Below are positions 63,439-64,000 of a DNA stretch of 64,000 bases, in pieces. This stretch comes from Paludibacteraceae bacterium (GTDB taxonomy: Bacteria > Bacteroidota > Bacteroidia > Bacteroidales > Paludibacteraceae): contig JBGVFY010000065.1 of NCBI GenBank assembly GCA_045121435.1, positions 2,953 through 66,952 on the forward strand, read 5' to 3'. Each line of letters begins with the position of its first letter. Position 1 is the stretch's first letter. The notes beneath the pieces were generated by a model that saw only the letters and a program-made list of their open reading frames with translations, had not been told where the DNA came from and searched no databases. The position numbers were made by a program, and so were the translations under genes.

Positions 63439-64000
63439 ACCGAGAAGATTTTCCTATATTAAACGAGCAGGTACACGGTCGCGCATTGGTGTACTTGGAT
63501 AATGCCGCCACAACGCAAAAGCCACAAGTGGTGTTGGATGCCATCACAGAAGCATATAGCCATTGGAATGCCAATGTCCATCGCGGCGTACACCACCTCA
63601 GCCAAGTGGCAACACAACAGCACGAAGAGGCACGCGAAAAGGTGGCACAATTGATTCATGCACAATCTTCAGAGGAGATCATCTTCACCAAAGGCACTAC
63701 CGATAGCCTCAACATGCTGGCACGCAGTTTTGGCGATGCAATGGTGAAAGAGGGCGATGAGATTATCGTTTCACACTTGGAGCACCACTCGAATATCGTG
63801 CCATGGCAAATGCTGTGTGAACGCAAAGGCGCAGTGCTAAAGGTAATACCTTTGCGCGAGGATTTATCGCTTGACATAGAGGCATTTAAGGGGCTTTTAA
63901 GCGAGAAGACAAGATTGGTATCAGTAGCGCATGTGAGTAATGTATTGGGCATTATCAACCCCATAGAGGAGGTTATTCGCTTGGCACACGAGAAGGGCGT
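63435..64000 (+). CDS. sufS: cysteine desulfurase SufS (5' part; runs off the window)
   Basis: The ATG overlaps the upstream stop (ATGA). The product reads [30 protein letters not shown]...ANVHRGVHHLS...HHSNIVPW. Confidence 0.9.
   Translation, partial: MNREDFPILNEQVHGRALVYLDNAATTQKPQVVLDAITEAYSHWNANVHRGVHHLSQVATQQHEEAREKVAQLIHAQSSEEIIFTKGTTDSLNMLARSFGDAMVKEGDEIIVSHLEHHSNIVPWQMLCERKGAVLKVIPLREDLSLDIEAFKGLLSEKTRLVSVAHVSNVLGIINPIEEVIRLAHEKG

Overview
This 64-kb chromosomal window comes from a Bacteroidota genome, most likely Prevotellaceae. That placement is an inference from three things: TAnnTTTG -7 promoter boxes upstream of almost every transcription unit, no Shine-Dalgarno sequences, and lipoprotein/TonB-receptor loci together with gldB and T9SS-like tails. 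The housekeeping blocks are parC (partial), folB, dprA, upp, mdh, and fba plus a CoA-transferase; then NlpC/P60, mreBCD-mrdA-rodA, yraN, mnmG, apt and uvrC; then a GNAT, tsaE, an S41 peptidase, a lolD-like gene, gldB and sufS (partial). Visibly AT-richer accessory blocks interrupt them. (i) 9.8-17.1 kb holds an AAA-ATPase gene flanked by a duplicated 3' end of the CoA-transferase gene, a nuclease-rich island (membrane-anchored Mrr-cat protein, a 251-aa unknown, a DUF1016 nuclease), two paralogous mini-genes for ~30-aa hydrophobic peptides, and a Fic protein. (ii) 17.2-20.8 kb holds an exported caspase(C14)/DUF4384/LPP20 operon behind a ~350-nt structured leader that ends in an intrinsic terminator. 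(iii) 33-47.8 kb and 56.2-58.5 kb hold three paralogous cobalamin riboswitches. They drive a 7-ORF surface-protein/TonB-receptor operon, a 2-gene paralogous module, and a lone BtuB-like receptor. (iv) 48.3-55.5 kb is an AT-rich island with an unknown 364-aa gene coupled to an AbiH-like gene, followed by a 1469-aa BspA-type LRR protein that has no export signals. Several accessory blocks are bracketed by direct copies of short repeat families. A GC-rich hairpin element and a ggttaaagg-type element recur in leaders and even in-frame inside CDSs. Intergenic DNA is full of 11-bp-period micro-arrays. I saw no rRNA, tRNA, CRISPR array, integrase, transposase or reverse transcriptase. All family assignments are by-eye motif recognition, and no searches or computations were run.
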